Positions 3,371 through 12,918 of a DNA stretch of 13,787 bases are shown here, piece by piece. The stretch spans positions 1 through 13,787 of the IMG/VR virus record IMGVR_UViG_3300036943_000626; one strand, 5' to 3'. Positions within the stretch are counted from its first letter, which is position 1, and every line of letters begins with the position of its first letter. The DNA comes from a virus. Under the pieces are notes generated by a model. It was not told the origin of the DNA, made no database searches, and saw only the letters and a list, made by a program, of their open reading frames with translations. Both the position numbers and the translations under genes were made by a program.

Positions 3371-4774
3371 ATGATAGCATTAAAAGATAAAATTAGTTTT
3401 GCAACTAAATTCTTTGATGTTAATGAAGAATATTTAAAACTTAATAGACACTGGCAGTCTTTTGATTATTATGTTTTGGCTGGTGGTGATCCTGTTAAAT
3501 ATGAAAATATAGGTTCACACCCTGGGCAATTAGATTTTTTGATAAACTCAATACACACTGAAAACTTATTACATTCTGGTAACGGATTTGGTAAGACAGA
3601 TATTATTGCACGCAAGCACTTAGTTAAACACTTAATTCATTTTTATGATCCACTCTTAAAGAATATAGAATATAAAACTTTGAATATTGCTATTACTAGA
3701 GAGCAGGCTGAGTTAGTTCAAGATAGGATAATTCAGTTAGTTCGCATTTCTCCTTTGCTTGGTGATTGGTTTATTAAGAGATATGTTAAGTCGCCAGTTC
3801 CTGAAATAGAATTTATTAATGGTGGTAAGATAGAATTTAAAACTACTAAACGAAAGGCTGAATCTGTTGAAGGTCATCAGTATGGCTATATCTCTGCTGA
3901 TGAGATAGCACTTGAGCCACACTTAGAATTTATTAGAGAAAAGATATTGTTGCCACGATTAAGAAAGTTTGAAGATGGTCAATTAGATTGGTTTGCTACT
4001 CCGAAAGGATTTAATTCATATTATAGAATCATGCAACAGATAAAGAGATCTGGTGGCTTTGTTCGTTCTGGTTCTAGTTATGAGAATCCACACATCAATC
4101 ATAAACTTTTAGATTATATGATTAAGAATTGGAGTAAAGATAAAGTTAGACAAATTGTTTATGGTGAGTTTGTTGATAATGCTCAATTTATGTTTGCTAG
4201 TAGGATTGATAAACTTATTGATTATGATCTAGGCTTTGAGAAAGTTAAACCTGATTCTAAATATATTGAGGGTTGGGATTTGGCAAGAGGTAAGAAAGGA
4301 GAGCAAGCCGACAAGACTGTTGGTTTTAGAATAAGAAAAGGAAAGCCTAATGTTATTGTTGATTGTTTTGCTTTTCAACTTCCTTGGACTGAAGAAGAAA
4401 GATTAAATTTATTAAAAGATAATAAAGAAAAACATAATTCATCTACTGAAAGAGAAATAAGAAACAAACAAAAAGAATCTAATTCAGAATGTTATATAGA
4501 TTCAACTGGTGTTGGTGATACTTTATTTGGTATGCTTCAAGATGTTGCCCAACCTGTTGACTTTCGAGGAAAAAAAGATAAAATACTAGAGCATGCACAA
4601 GCTGTTATTGATGCCGGACTTATTAAATGTCCTTTTATTCCCGAGCTTGTGGAAGAATTAACTACTTATGAAAGAGATGATAAAAATCTACCAACTGATT
4701 ATGTTATGGCTTTTTGTATCGCTTGCTATTCTATTCCTGTATTGGATTCGTTTATTGGAACTGTTGACATATAA
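3371..4774 (+). CDS. terL: Terminase large subunit
   Basis: Walker A HSGNGFGKTD, Walker B-like YGYISADEIA, and C-terminal nuclease-type acidic motifs IEGWDLARG and YIDSTGVGD. 467 aa, directly upstream of the portal gene. Confidence 0.9.
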   Translation: MIALKDKISFATKFFDVNEEYLKLNRHWQSFDYYVLAGGDPVKYENIGSHPGQLDFLINSIHTENLLHSGNGFGKTDIIARKHLVKHLIHFYDPLLKNIEYKTLNIAITREQAELVQDRIIQLVRISPLLGDWFIKRYVKSPVPEIEFINGGKIEFKTTKRKAESVEGHQYGYISADEIALEPHLEFIREKILLPRLRKFEDGQLDWFATPKGFNSYYRIMQQIKRSGGFVRSGSSYENPHINHKLLDYMIKNWSKDKVRQIVYGEFVDNAQFMFASRIDKLIDYDLGFEKVKPDSKYIEGWDLARGKKGEQADKTVGFRIRKGKPNVIVDCFAFQLPWTEEERLNLLKDNKEKHNSSTEREIRNKQKESNSECYIDSTGVGDTLFGMLQDVAQPVDFRGKKDKILEHAQAVIDAGLIKCPFIPELVEELTTYERDDKNLPTDYVMAFCIACYSIPVLDSFIGTVDI

Positions 4775-4798
4775 TTAAATAAATTTTAATATGTTAAT

Positions 4799-5011
4799 AT
4801 GCAAGATTTAAATTCTTTATCTTTTTTGTCTTTAAAAAAAATGACAAAAAAAAACAAACAAGATTCAAAAAAAATTCTTACTTCCCTTTATACTGATTTA
4901 AACCATAACCGATTTTATATTGTCCGTTTTAAAAAAATTCCTAAATTTATTCCAAACTTTTTTTACAAATTTTTAATAAAAAGAATTCTTAATTTAGATT
5001 ATAAATGTTAA
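4799..5011 (+). CDS. Doubtful small basic ORF (70 aa)
   Basis: Lys-rich and low complexity. It overlaps the portal start (ATGTTAA), which would fit translational coupling, but composition alone could generate it. Confidence 0.3.
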   Translation: MQDLNSLSFLSLKKMTKKNKQDSKKILTSLYTDLNHNRFYIVRFKKIPKFIPNFFYKFLIKRILNLDYKC

Positions 5012-6342
5012 ACAAACAAGAAGTTTCCGAAGAATTACGGACTAAAATTCAATCAGTTAAATCTCTTACTAATAAGCGTGAGAATTATTTTAATAAATAT
5101 TTTTCTTTTGCTTTTAAAGGAAATCAATGGACTCAATCTGAATATAATGAATTAGTTGCAAAGGGTGTTGATCCAGTTACTCTTAATAATTCCGAAGATT
5201 ATTTTGAAGAATATTTATCAAAATTATTTCCTCGAGATCCAAATACCGGGACTTTGTCTATTGGTGTTTCTGCAAAAGATTTGGTCAATCGTGAAAAATA
5301 TGAAAATAAAATTCTCGAACAATATCGAGAAAATAATTTTCCTAGTGTTTTACTTGAACAAGGTCAAAATTTTTTAATTGGCGGTGCTGGTTGTTTTTAT
5401 TTTCCTCCCGACGGTTTTGGTGGTGCTAATATAATTTCTGTTGATCCTCGTTTTGTTTATCTTGAATGGTCTGGTCGTAGATTACTTTGGTTTGCCTACT
5501 ATAATGAAGATACTGAAACCTATACTTATGTTGATAAGGATTTTATTATAACTTTAGATAAAAATTTTGAAATTATTTCTGATCAAACTCATAAACTCGG
5601 CTTTATTCCTGTTGCTTGGGTTCCAAATATGCCTCAATCTCACACAATGGAGGGAAAAACAAAAATTGCTTCAATTTATGATTTAGATCGATCAATAAAT
5701 AAAAACTTTACTAATTACAATAAACGAATTGACGAAAATACCGAACCTCATCAAGCTGTTTATTCTGATAATGCTAAGGTAAAATCAATTAAAAGAGGAA
5801 AAGGAAAAACTACTATTTTACCTGTTGGCTCAAAAATGGAATATCTTGAACTCAAAGAGGGTTCTGAAATTCAAAATTACAATGAATATTTACAAGAAAA
5901 AATTCGGGCCAAGACTGGCCTTATAGATACTGGCGGTGCTGTTAAAACTGCAATTTCTGGTTTGTCTTTATCTTTTCAATATTCTGGGATGTTAAGCCGA
6001 ATTGCTTTTATGCGAGTTTATTGGGATCATGCTTTTAGACAATTAAATGAAGCTATTTTAACTTATGCTTTCCGTTCTGGTAATTTTGAAACTGATCCTA
6101 TCTATAATGAATCAATCGCAGTTGATATTTCTCAAAAAGTCAAAGATGTTATTGCTCAAGTTGAGGCTGGAATTATGAGTAGAAAAGATGCTATTGATAC
6201 TTTGCGAGGTTCTGAAAATTCTGAACAGAAATTAAAAGAAATTCTTGACGAGGAGAAAAAAATAAATGATAATAAACCAAAGGAACAAATAAAACAAGAT
6301 TTAATAATTAATAAAAATAAAGATGGATCAAAAAATTCTTGA
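5005..6342 (+). CDS. Portal protein (putative)
   Basis: 445 aa, located between TerL and the scaffold/capsid genes; called from size and position. Confidence 0.7.
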   Translation: MLNKQEVSEELRTKIQSVKSLTNKRENYFNKYFSFAFKGNQWTQSEYNELVAKGVDPVTLNNSEDYFEEYLSKLFPRDPNTGTLSIGVSAKDLVNREKYENKILEQYRENNFPSVLLEQGQNFLIGGAGCFYFPPDGFGGANIISVDPRFVYLEWSGRRLLWFAYYNEDTETYTYVDKDFIITLDKNFEIISDQTHKLGFIPVAWVPNMPQSHTMEGKTKIASIYDLDRSINKNFTNYNKRIDENTEPHQAVYSDNAKVKSIKRGKGKTTILPVGSKMEYLELKEGSEIQNYNEYLQEKIRAKTGLIDTGGAVKTAISGLSLSFQYSGMLSRIAFMRVYWDHAFRQLNEAILTYAFRSGNFETDPIYNESIAVDISQKVKDVIAQVEAGIMSRKDAIDTLRGSENSEQKLKEILDEEKKINDNKPKEQIKQDLIINKNKDGSKNS

Positions 6343-6910
6343 CACATTCAGAAAGCAATTTGCCCTGGATGAGGAAGCTCTGCCTGATTCAATGTCTACT
6401 GAAGATTTCAGCAAATTCATTGAAAATCAAGCCGGAAAACTTTTTGTCAAACCTCAAGATTTGAAAAATCTACAGAGGAAATTGAGTGAAAAAGATTTAA
6501 TGATTAAGGAATTGTCCGAAAAAAAATCTGACGACAAAAACCCTGATCCGAAACCTGATTCCAAAATTTCCGAACTAGAAAATCAAATTAAAACTCTGAC
6601 TGAATCAATTACCAAAATGACAAATTCTAGTCGAGTTGAAAAATTAACTGAAATGTATCCCGATATTTCACCTGAAATTTTGGCAAATACTAGCGACGAA
6701 AATCTTGAAAAAGTCGTTGAAAGTCAAAGGAAAATTAGTAAAAAGATTTATAAAGATTCTAAAGTTTTTACTTTACCTCAATATAAATCTATTTCTGATG
6801 TTGATAAGGCTATAGAAAAAGTTAAGGCTGATAAAAATTTATCTGCCATGGAAAAAGCCTCTGAAAGTTTGAAACTCCAAAGACTGAAAACGAGTTTTGA
6901 TTCTGAATAA
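6323..6910 (+). CDS. Scaffolding protein (putative)
   Basis: 195 aa, highly charged with a Lys/Glu/Asp-rich helical character, located between portal and major capsid. It overlaps the portal 3' end by 20 nt. Confidence 0.6.
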   Translation: MDQKILDTFRKQFALDEEALPDSMSTEDFSKFIENQAGKLFVKPQDLKNLQRKLSEKDLMIKELSEKKSDDKNPDPKPDSKISELENQIKTLTESITKMTNSSRVEKLTEMYPDISPEILANTSDENLEKVVESQRKISKKIYKDSKVFTLPQYKSISDVDKAIEKVKADKNLSAMEKASESLKLQRLKTSFDSE

Positions 6911-6941
6911 TTTTAATATAATCAATTAAAAAATTAAAAAA

Positions 6942-8081
6942 ATGTTTAATACTCAAAGTGTTCGAGAGAGAGAATCTCTTTCGGAGCAAGTGGATATTTT
7001 ACTGGCCAATGATCGAGACATGAAATTTTTGTCTTTTGTTAATCATTTGCGAGCTCCAAAATCTCCAATCATTGCTCAAAAACATGAATGGTTAGATATT
7101 TCCGCTCGACCTGTTGAAGTTACTTCTGGAACTTCTGGAACTGGTGTTTTGTGGGATTCTGCTTCTGCAACTGCTGATTTACCAATTAATTCATCTCATA
7201 CTGCTAAATTGCGAGAAGGTGATATTTTGCTTTTGGGGGATGGTTTGGAACAAGTTATTGTTAAATCTGTTGATACCGCGGCTAACACTATCGATGTTTA
7301 TGCTCGAGGTCATGGTTCAACTGATGGCGCTGCTCAAGGTGAAACTGCTTTCACAATCAAGATAATCGGAAATGCCCAAATCGAAGATGATGATCCAATA
7401 GATGCTTATTTCCAAGGATTCACTGCTGGATATAACTATACTCAAATTTTTGAAGATGTTGCTGATCAATCAGGAACAATTCGAAGATCTAGAGTAAGTG
7501 GAGGTGATACTCTTGATACTGCAATTATGGTTAAATTAAAGGAATTGATGAGGCAGTTGAATCGAGCTTGTATTTATGGAGTTAGGAATCTTGATACAAC
7601 TAACAAAATTGGCACAATGGGTGGTGTGAGAGAATTTTTCACAACTACCAAAAACATTAACGCCGCTTTGACTCTTGCTTTGCTTGAGGCTACTGTTGTT
7701 GAGGCTATAGACGCTGGTTGTAATCCTTCTGCAATTCATGCAAGTCCTGATATAATTTCTAAAATTTCTCAACTTTTCGTTGGAAATGTCAGATATCAAA
7801 CTACTGATAGACGAGCTGGTCTTTCTGTGGCTGTTGTGAATATGTCTGGTTTGGATATTATGCTTTTGCCTGATAGAGATGTTCCAAGTGGAGAAATGTT
7901 GTTAGTTGATCATGATAGAGTTTTCCTTGGTGCTTTAAATGGTAATGAGTCTGGGGATTGGGCTGTTTATGAGACTATGAACAAGAACTTGAAACAATGG
8001 GAGAAACAAGTTGGTGGAGAGTTCACAATGGAAGTTCGAAGCCCGGCTGGTGCTGGAGTTAGGGCTTATAATATAAGCTAG
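6942..8081 (+). CDS. Major capsid protein (putative HK97-fold)
   Basis: 379 aa, follows the scaffold gene, has less AT-skewed codon usage consistent with high expression, and is followed by a hairpin. Confidence 0.8.
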   Translation: MFNTQSVRERESLSEQVDILLANDRDMKFLSFVNHLRAPKSPIIAQKHEWLDISARPVEVTSGTSGTGVLWDSASATADLPINSSHTAKLREGDILLLGDGLEQVIVKSVDTAANTIDVYARGHGSTDGAAQGETAFTIKIIGNAQIEDDDPIDAYFQGFTAGYNYTQIFEDVADQSGTIRRSRVSGGDTLDTAIMVKLKELMRQLNRACIYGVRNLDTTNKIGTMGGVREFFTTTKNINAALTLALLEATVVEAIDAGCNPSAIHASPDIISKISQLFVGNVRYQTTDRRAGLSVAVVNMSGLDIMLLPDRDVPSGEMLLVDHDRVFLGALNGNESGDWAVYETMNKNLKQWEKQVGGEFTMEVRSPAGAGVRAYNIS

Positions 8082-8097
8082 AATTGAATGGTTTTTT

Positions 8098-8121
8098 GGC
8101 GGTTTTTCCATAAAAAACCGC
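8098..8121 (+). terminator. Hairpin after the capsid gene (terminator or attenuator candidate)
   Basis: gcggttttt-ccat-aaaaaaccgc; the downstream T-run is weak. Confidence 0.45.
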
Positions 8122-8151
8122 TTCTAAAATCATTAAATTTAAATTAAAATT

Positions 8152-8346
8152 ATGGCAATTTTTAGACGAAGAAGTAAAGATTTAGAGGGTATTTCCAGTA
8201 CTGTTGTTGCTGGAAAAGAAATCAAGTTAATGGGTAATCAAGTTTATAAAACTAAAAATCCCAAAGAAATAAAGGCTTTAAGAGAGGATAGTGTTTTTTT
8301 TGAACTTCCTGTTAAACTTAAAGTAAAAGCTACTAAAAAAGATTAA
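8152..8346 (+). CDS. Hypothetical small structural-module protein (64 aa)
   Basis: ORF in the structural operon with basic termini. Confidence 0.55.
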   Translation: MAIFRRRSKDLEGISSTVVAGKEIKLMGNQVYKTKNPKEIKALREDSVFFELPVKLKVKATKKD

Positions 8347-8355
8347 TAAAATATC

Positions 8356-8958
8356 ATGACATTTAATGAAATGGAGGCCAAAATTCAGGCTCAAATTGAC
8401 GACACAACCACAAGTATTGACGAAATGATTTATAATTCCATTCGGTATTTATATAATTATTTTGCGCTTGAAGATTGGGATGACGCTTTGGTGACTGTTG
8501 CTGATCAAAATTTTATTGAAACTGGCCTCTCTGATGTTATTGATGTTGATGTTTTGATTTATAATGGTGAACAGATTGAAAAACTTGATGAAGATGATTT
8601 TGATAAAATTCCTCAATTTGTTGATAATAATGTTAGGCGATTTTATTTTCTTCAAGGTAAAATTTATTTTACTTTCACTCCGACAGAATCTGATTTAGAG
8701 GTTAAGGTTTTGAAGAAATATCAGTTTACTTTAGCAACTACAACAAATTCTCTAGATGTTCCTCCTGAACTTCTCGAACTGGTTGAACTTGGGGCTATTT
8801 CAAGATATTATTTATATTTACTTTCATTAAATGCAAGATCAAGAGAAGACTTGCCTGATGTCAAACCTGATGAGGTTCGGCGGGCTAAAAAGAATGTTGA
8901 TGATAGTTATAATTATCTTCTTAATGAGCTTCGTAATAATTCCAATTATGCGTTATAA
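8356..8958 (+). CDS. Hypothetical structural protein (possible head-tail adaptor, by position)
   Basis: 200 aa, acidic, located between the capsid and tail genes. Confidence 0.6.
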   Translation: MTFNEMEAKIQAQIDDTTTSIDEMIYNSIRYLYNYFALEDWDDALVTVADQNFIETGLSDVIDVDVLIYNGEQIEKLDEDDFDKIPQFVDNNVRRFYFLQGKIYFTFTPTESDLEVKVLKKYQFTLATTTNSLDVPPELLELVELGAISRYYLYLLSLNARSREDLPDVKPDEVRRAKKNVDDSYNYLLNELRNNSNYAL

Positions 8959-10468
8959 AGAAATTGTTTTTAAAAATGTTGAAGATGGAATTTCTGATAA
9001 TCAACTTCAATTAGAAACTAGTAAAAATAATATTATCAAAGGACTTATTGATTCTGATTCTATAATTCCTTCTCCTAATACTTCTTCTCCTATTTTGAAT
9101 CGTCTTTTTGAAGTTAAAAAAACTATTTCTGGTGTTTCTTATTCTATTGATGAGGTTCTTTATAATGCTAGTGCTTTTTTTATTAAAGAAGGAACTTTAT
9201 TTAAAGCTACTTTAAATAATACTGATAATCATGTTCATCTTTATAAACTTTTAAATGATTCTGATGATGATACTTTTGATTATGTTGGAGATGCTGGTGA
9301 AGCTGATTTGATTACTGGTGCTTTTTCTATTCAAAATAAAATTGTTGTTTTTGGAGATTTTGCTTCTGGTCATTTATGTAAGGTTTCTGAGGATAATGGT
9401 TTAACTTGGTCTGGTTTTGACCCTCAATATTCTGGCTCTGATATTCTTATTCATCCTGCTAAACCTGTTTATAAAAATGGAAAATATTATTTTCATGAAT
9501 CCTTTCCTGGTTTTAGCACAAATCCAGCCTATCGTCGTATTTATACTACTACTGATTTTACAACTTTTACTAAAATTCATGATTCAGATCCCGGTCCTTG
9601 GGAAATAACATATATGTTTCAGTTTTTGGATGATATTTATATTGTTGAAGACAAAACGACTGGTATAGGTTCTAATGTTCGTAATTCAACAACTAAATTA
9701 TCTCGTTATGATGAAATTAATGATACTTTTGAGCTCATTAAGTTTGTTAATAATGTTCAATTTAGTGTTACTAATTTTTTTGTTTTTCAAGATAAGATTT
9801 GCTCTATTTTTTCTGATGGTCGTAATCGTCGTTTATGGATGTTTGATGGTATGAATTCTACTTATAAATCAATGGAAAAAAATCAAGATCTTAAAGATAA
9901 AGCTAATAGAATATACGGCGTTAGTGATGATTATTTATATTGGAGTGATGGTAGTGATGATATTCATGTTATTGATAAAAATTTTTCATATTTTAGAAAT
10001 TTTTTAAAAATTTCTGATTTTTTAAATACTAATGAAGATCGTCAAGATTTTATTGTTTATCAAGATAATATTTTCGTTTCAACTTATAACAGTGATACTG
10101 ATGATGAGAGAATTTTTCACTTTTCTTCTGATAAAATAATTGCTTCTGGTTCTTTTGTTTTTCCTACAATTAAAAATAATCAAATTATTCCCAAGCAAAT
10201 TATCTTATATCATAAAGAATTAGGAACTGGTTCTAAAATAGAAATTTATTATTCAACCGAAGATCATCCTATAGATGGATTTACTTATACAAAATTAGGT
10301 GAGGAAACTGTTGCTGGTGCTACTCGTTATGTTTTGGATTTTCCTTCTGGTCTGGTCTTTAATAGAATTACTTTTAAGGTTATAATTTATGATGATACAA
10401 ATAATTTGATTGGAGTTGATGATTTAACTTTAAAATTTTTGTATACAGTTAAAAATTTAGATAAATAA
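8948..10468 (+). CDS. Tail or receptor-binding protein with an Asp-box (BNR) motif; probable beta-propeller
   Basis: I prefer the ATG at 8948 (MRYKEIVFKNVEDG), which gives an 11-nt overlap, over the track start at 8831, which gives a 128-nt overlap. SEDNGLTW at 9385-9408 matches S-x-D-x-G-x-T-W. Confidence 0.65.
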   Translation: MRYKEIVFKNVEDGISDNQLQLETSKNNIIKGLIDSDSIIPSPNTSSPILNRLFEVKKTISGVSYSIDEVLYNASAFFIKEGTLFKATLNNTDNHVHLYKLLNDSDDDTFDYVGDAGEADLITGAFSIQNKIVVFGDFASGHLCKVSEDNGLTWSGFDPQYSGSDILIHPAKPVYKNGKYYFHESFPGFSTNPAYRRIYTTTDFTTFTKIHDSDPGPWEITYMFQFLDDIYIVEDKTTGIGSNVRNSTTKLSRYDEINDTFELIKFVNNVQFSVTNFFVFQDKICSIFSDGRNRRLWMFDGMNSTYKSMEKNQDLKDKANRIYGVSDDYLYWSDGSDDIHVIDKNFSYFRNFLKISDFLNTNEDRQDFIVYQDNIFVSTYNSDTDDERIFHFSSDKIIASGSFVFPTIKNNQIIPKQIILYHKELGTGSKIEIYYSTEDHPIDGFTYTKLGEETVAGATRYVLDFPSGLVFNRITFKVIIYDDTNNLIGVDDLTLKFLYTVKNLDK

Positions 10469-11293
10469 ATGTTTAATGGTCGTTTTTATAGATTGTTTGT
10501 TAAGATTTACGAAGCCCTTCTTAAAATTGCTGATAATATTTTAGCAACTACTTATAACGATTCTTGGATAAATATTACTTCTTCTGTTACTTATTCAAGT
10601 GTTGATGATCCAACTGGAGTTATAACTATTGAAGAGGATTTAACTGGAGTTCTTTCAGTTGGGATGAGAATAAAATTCACTAATGGCGGAAACACAATTT
10701 ACGGAATTATTACTAAAGACCCAACCTATTCCTCACCAAACACAACAATAACTTTTCTACACGAAATTAACCCAACAGATTCTCAAGCTCTTCACTTACT
10801 AGCTAATTCAGCAATTACAGATGTCTATTATTCACACCAAAAAGCACCGTTTGGTTTTCCTTTGGAGAAGAATAAATGGACGGTTTATATTTCTAGTTCT
10901 GGGCAAATAGACCAATTAAACCCGACACAAAATACTTGGTATAATATTAATTCGGATTCCTTGTCTATACCGATAGGAACTTATTTGGTGTATTATTCCA
11001 CCCACGCTGGTATCGAGACATCTGCAGATTATATCTACGATATGGAGGTGACTTTATCTACTGGCTCTTCTTCAGAAAGTGATGGAGATTTATCCGCTGG
11101 GTTTGGCTCTGATATTTCGGGAAATACAGCGTTAAAACGTATGCGTTCAACTGTTTCTCGACAAAAAGAAAAGACTTTCGCTAGCAAAACAACTGTTTAT
11201 CTAAATTATAGAACAATAAGAAGTTCTATAGATAAAATTAGTAAAATAGGAGAAGTACCAACTGTTATTAGAGCAACTTCTTCCTATCTGTAA
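10469..11293 (+). CDS. Putative tail or receptor-binding protein (274 aa)
   Basis: The ATG immediately follows the upstream TAA. The protein is Ser/Thr/Asn-rich and beta-like, and is the last structural gene. Confidence 0.55.
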   Translation: MFNGRFYRLFVKIYEALLKIADNILATTYNDSWINITSSVTYSSVDDPTGVITIEEDLTGVLSVGMRIKFTNGGNTIYGIITKDPTYSSPNTTITFLHEINPTDSQALHLLANSAITDVYYSHQKAPFGFPLEKNKWTVYISSSGQIDQLNPTQNTWYNINSDSLSIPIGTYLVYYSTHAGIETSADYIYDMEVTLSTGSSSESDGDLSAGFGSDISGNTALKRMRSTVSRQKEKTFASKTTVYLNYRTIRSSIDKISKIGEVPTVIRATSSYL

Positions 11294-11413
11294 TATAATT
11301 AAATAATCGAAGATAATAACTAATACTCATAAACAACACAGAAACCAGAACACCAGGTTCAAAACTAACAAAATGTTCGGAGATAATATGTATGTAAAAA
11401 ATAATTAAAAACA

Positions 11414-11536
11414 ATGAAACTGTTATACTTTTTATTAGGATGGTGTAAATATTATAATAAATGCGGTTCAGATTGCCACACTTGTCGAAATGGTGGCGGT
11501 TCGTACTGTGGTAAATTTAGAGAATTAAATAAATAA
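11414..11536 (+). CDS. Candidate 40-aa Cys-rich peptide with a hydrophobic N-terminus (below the ORF-track cutoff)
   Basis: MKLLYFLLGWCKYYNKCGSDCHTCRNGGGSYCGKFRELNK, read by hand. It ends 9 nt before the endolysin ATG. Confidence 0.35.
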   Translation: MKLLYFLLGWCKYYNKCGSDCHTCRNGGGSYCGKFRELNK

Positions 11537-11545
11537 TTCAAAATC

Positions 11546-12181
11546 ATGAATCTATCAAAACCATTTCAAGGATCTTATCCAATTACTCAATATTTTGGTG
11601 AAAAATATGAATATAATGGAAAGGTATTAAATCACGAGGGTGTAGATTTTGCGACGCCCAAAAATACCCCTATTATTGCTCCTATGGATGGAGTAGTATA
11701 TAGAATCGAAAAATGGAGGCTAACTGGCTATGGAAAAACAGTCTATGTTCGAGGTTTAGACGGTGTTTCTACTTATTTTGTTGCTCATTTAAACTCTATT
11801 AATGTTGAATTAAATCAAAGAGTTTATAAAAATGGGACTATACTCGGCCACTCTGGCCGGACTGGATTCTGGCGAGGTAAAACTGGCTATCATTTACATT
11901 TTTCCTTGTTAATCAATAATAAATATGTTGATCCATTAAATTATATGGAAGGCTATAAAAATAATTTAATAAACAACGAAGAATTAAAAAAGCTCGATGT
12001 AAAGAATAATGACGACCGATATTATAAAGTTAAAAAAGGTGAAAGTCTTTGGATTATAGCTGGAAAACTTTATGGAGATAATAACAAATGGTTTGAAATT
12101 TATAATGAAAATAAAAAATTAATTGGTGATAATCCTGATCTAATTTACCCTGGGCAGAGATTAAGACTACCAAAAAAATGA
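11546..12181 (+). CDS. Endolysin: M23 (LytM-type) metallopeptidase plus a C-terminal LysM domain
   Basis: M23 motifs HEGVDF (H-x-x-x-D) and GYHLHFS (H-x-H). The C-terminus YYKVKKGESLWIIAGKLYGDNNKWFEIYNENKKLIGDNPDLIYPGQRLRLP is LysM-like. Confidence 0.85.
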   Translation: MNLSKPFQGSYPITQYFGEKYEYNGKVLNHEGVDFATPKNTPIIAPMDGVVYRIEKWRLTGYGKTVYVRGLDGVSTYFVAHLNSINVELNQRVYKNGTILGHSGRTGFWRGKTGYHLHFSLLINNKYVDPLNYMEGYKNNLINNEELKKLDVKNNDDRYYKVKKGESLWIIAGKLYGDNNKWFEIYNENKKLIGDNPDLIYPGQRLRLPKK

Positions 12182-12447
12182 ATATAAATTTTACTGCAAA
12201 TTATCCAATAAAAAATTTTGACGAACTGGAAAATTATTTAAAAATTCCAAGAAAATTTAATGGTATAACAGTCAATTTTTTTTACAAAGAAAATTATGTT
12301 AATATCTGGTTTCATCATAATTCTTTTGTTCTTGAAATTGATAATGATAATGAATTTGATCCTCCCTCTATTTATAAGGAACTTGGGACTTCTTTTGATG
12401 TCGTTGACGAGATTAAAAAATTTTTTGAAAAGATTGACAAAAAATAA
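12178..12447 (+). CDS. Hypothetical protein (89 aa)
   Basis: ATGA-coupled to the endolysin gene. Confidence 0.6.
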   Translation: MNINFTANYPIKNFDELENYLKIPRKFNGITVNFFYKENYVNIWFHHNSFVLEIDNDNEFDPPSIYKELGTSFDVVDEIKKFFEKIDKK

Positions 12448-12474
12448 TAAATTGTTAAAATTAAATAGAGAAAC

Positions 12475-12594
12475 TTAAAAATTAAAGGAGAGAAAAAAAT
12501 TTTTTGGCGCAGAAAAATCTTTTAGTATCTCGGGAGTATAAAGATATTCTACAAAAATACTAGTTATAGAATATCCCTCTCCTTTAGTTTTTAA
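12475..12594 (+). promoter_or_regulatory. 120-nt two-tier stem-loop ending 9 nt before the holin-like ATG
   Basis: 18-bp closing helix 12475-12492 / 12577-12594 (10 perfect bp taaaggagag/ctctccttta plus an A/T extension with one T.G pair). The inner helix is gatattcta (12543-12551) with tagaatatc (12567-12575). Confidence 0.6.
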
Positions 12595-12603
12595 TTTCTT
12601 TTT

Positions 12604-12786
12604 ATGAATAACGATGTAGGCGATCACCCTTTAGGCTTACCAAAAGGCAGTATTCGAGCAATACTGGTTTTAATTTTGACAGTTTTTTTTGCTATCTGTA
12701 TTTATGTTGAAAAAGAAATTCCCAAAGATGTCGGAATTGTTTGGATTTCAATGTTGAGTTATTATCTTGGTCATAGATCTCCTTGA
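12604..12786 (+). CDS. Holin-like small membrane protein (60 aa, two hydrophobic segments)
   Basis: IRAILVLILTVFFAICIYV and VGIVWISMLSYYLG, located next to the endolysin module. Confidence 0.55.
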   Translation: MNNDVGDHPLGLPKGSIRAILVLILTVFFAICIYVEKEIPKDVGIVWISMLSYYLGHRSP

Positions 12787-12811
12787 CAAATTTTTTCTTT
12801 TTCTATATAAT
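12783..12811 (+). promoter_or_regulatory. Perfect-consensus sigma70 promoter TTGACA-17-TATAAT
   Basis: TTGACA at 12783-12788 overlaps the holin TGA, followed by a 17-nt spacer and TATAAT at 12806-12811. Confidence 0.7.
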
Positions 12812-12873
12812 CAAATTGCAATAAGAAATTTTTTAAGTTTTGTTTTTTTCTTTTTGCTTTTTCTATCTTTTTG

Positions 12874-12915
12874 AAATTAAAATCCCGTTTCCTTCATTTT
12901 CGGGATTTTAATTTT
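12874..12915 (+). terminator. Intrinsic terminator (perfect 14-bp stem)
   Basis: aaattaaaatcccg - 13-nt loop - cgggattttaattt; the 3' arm is T-rich. Confidence 0.7.
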
Positions 12916-12918
12916 CTC

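Noticed and set aside
8831-8947. The upstream start (8831) given in the ORF track for the tail protein
   Set aside because: It would overlap the preceding gene by 128 nt. The in-frame ATG at 8948 gives an 11-nt overlap typical of this tightly packed genome.
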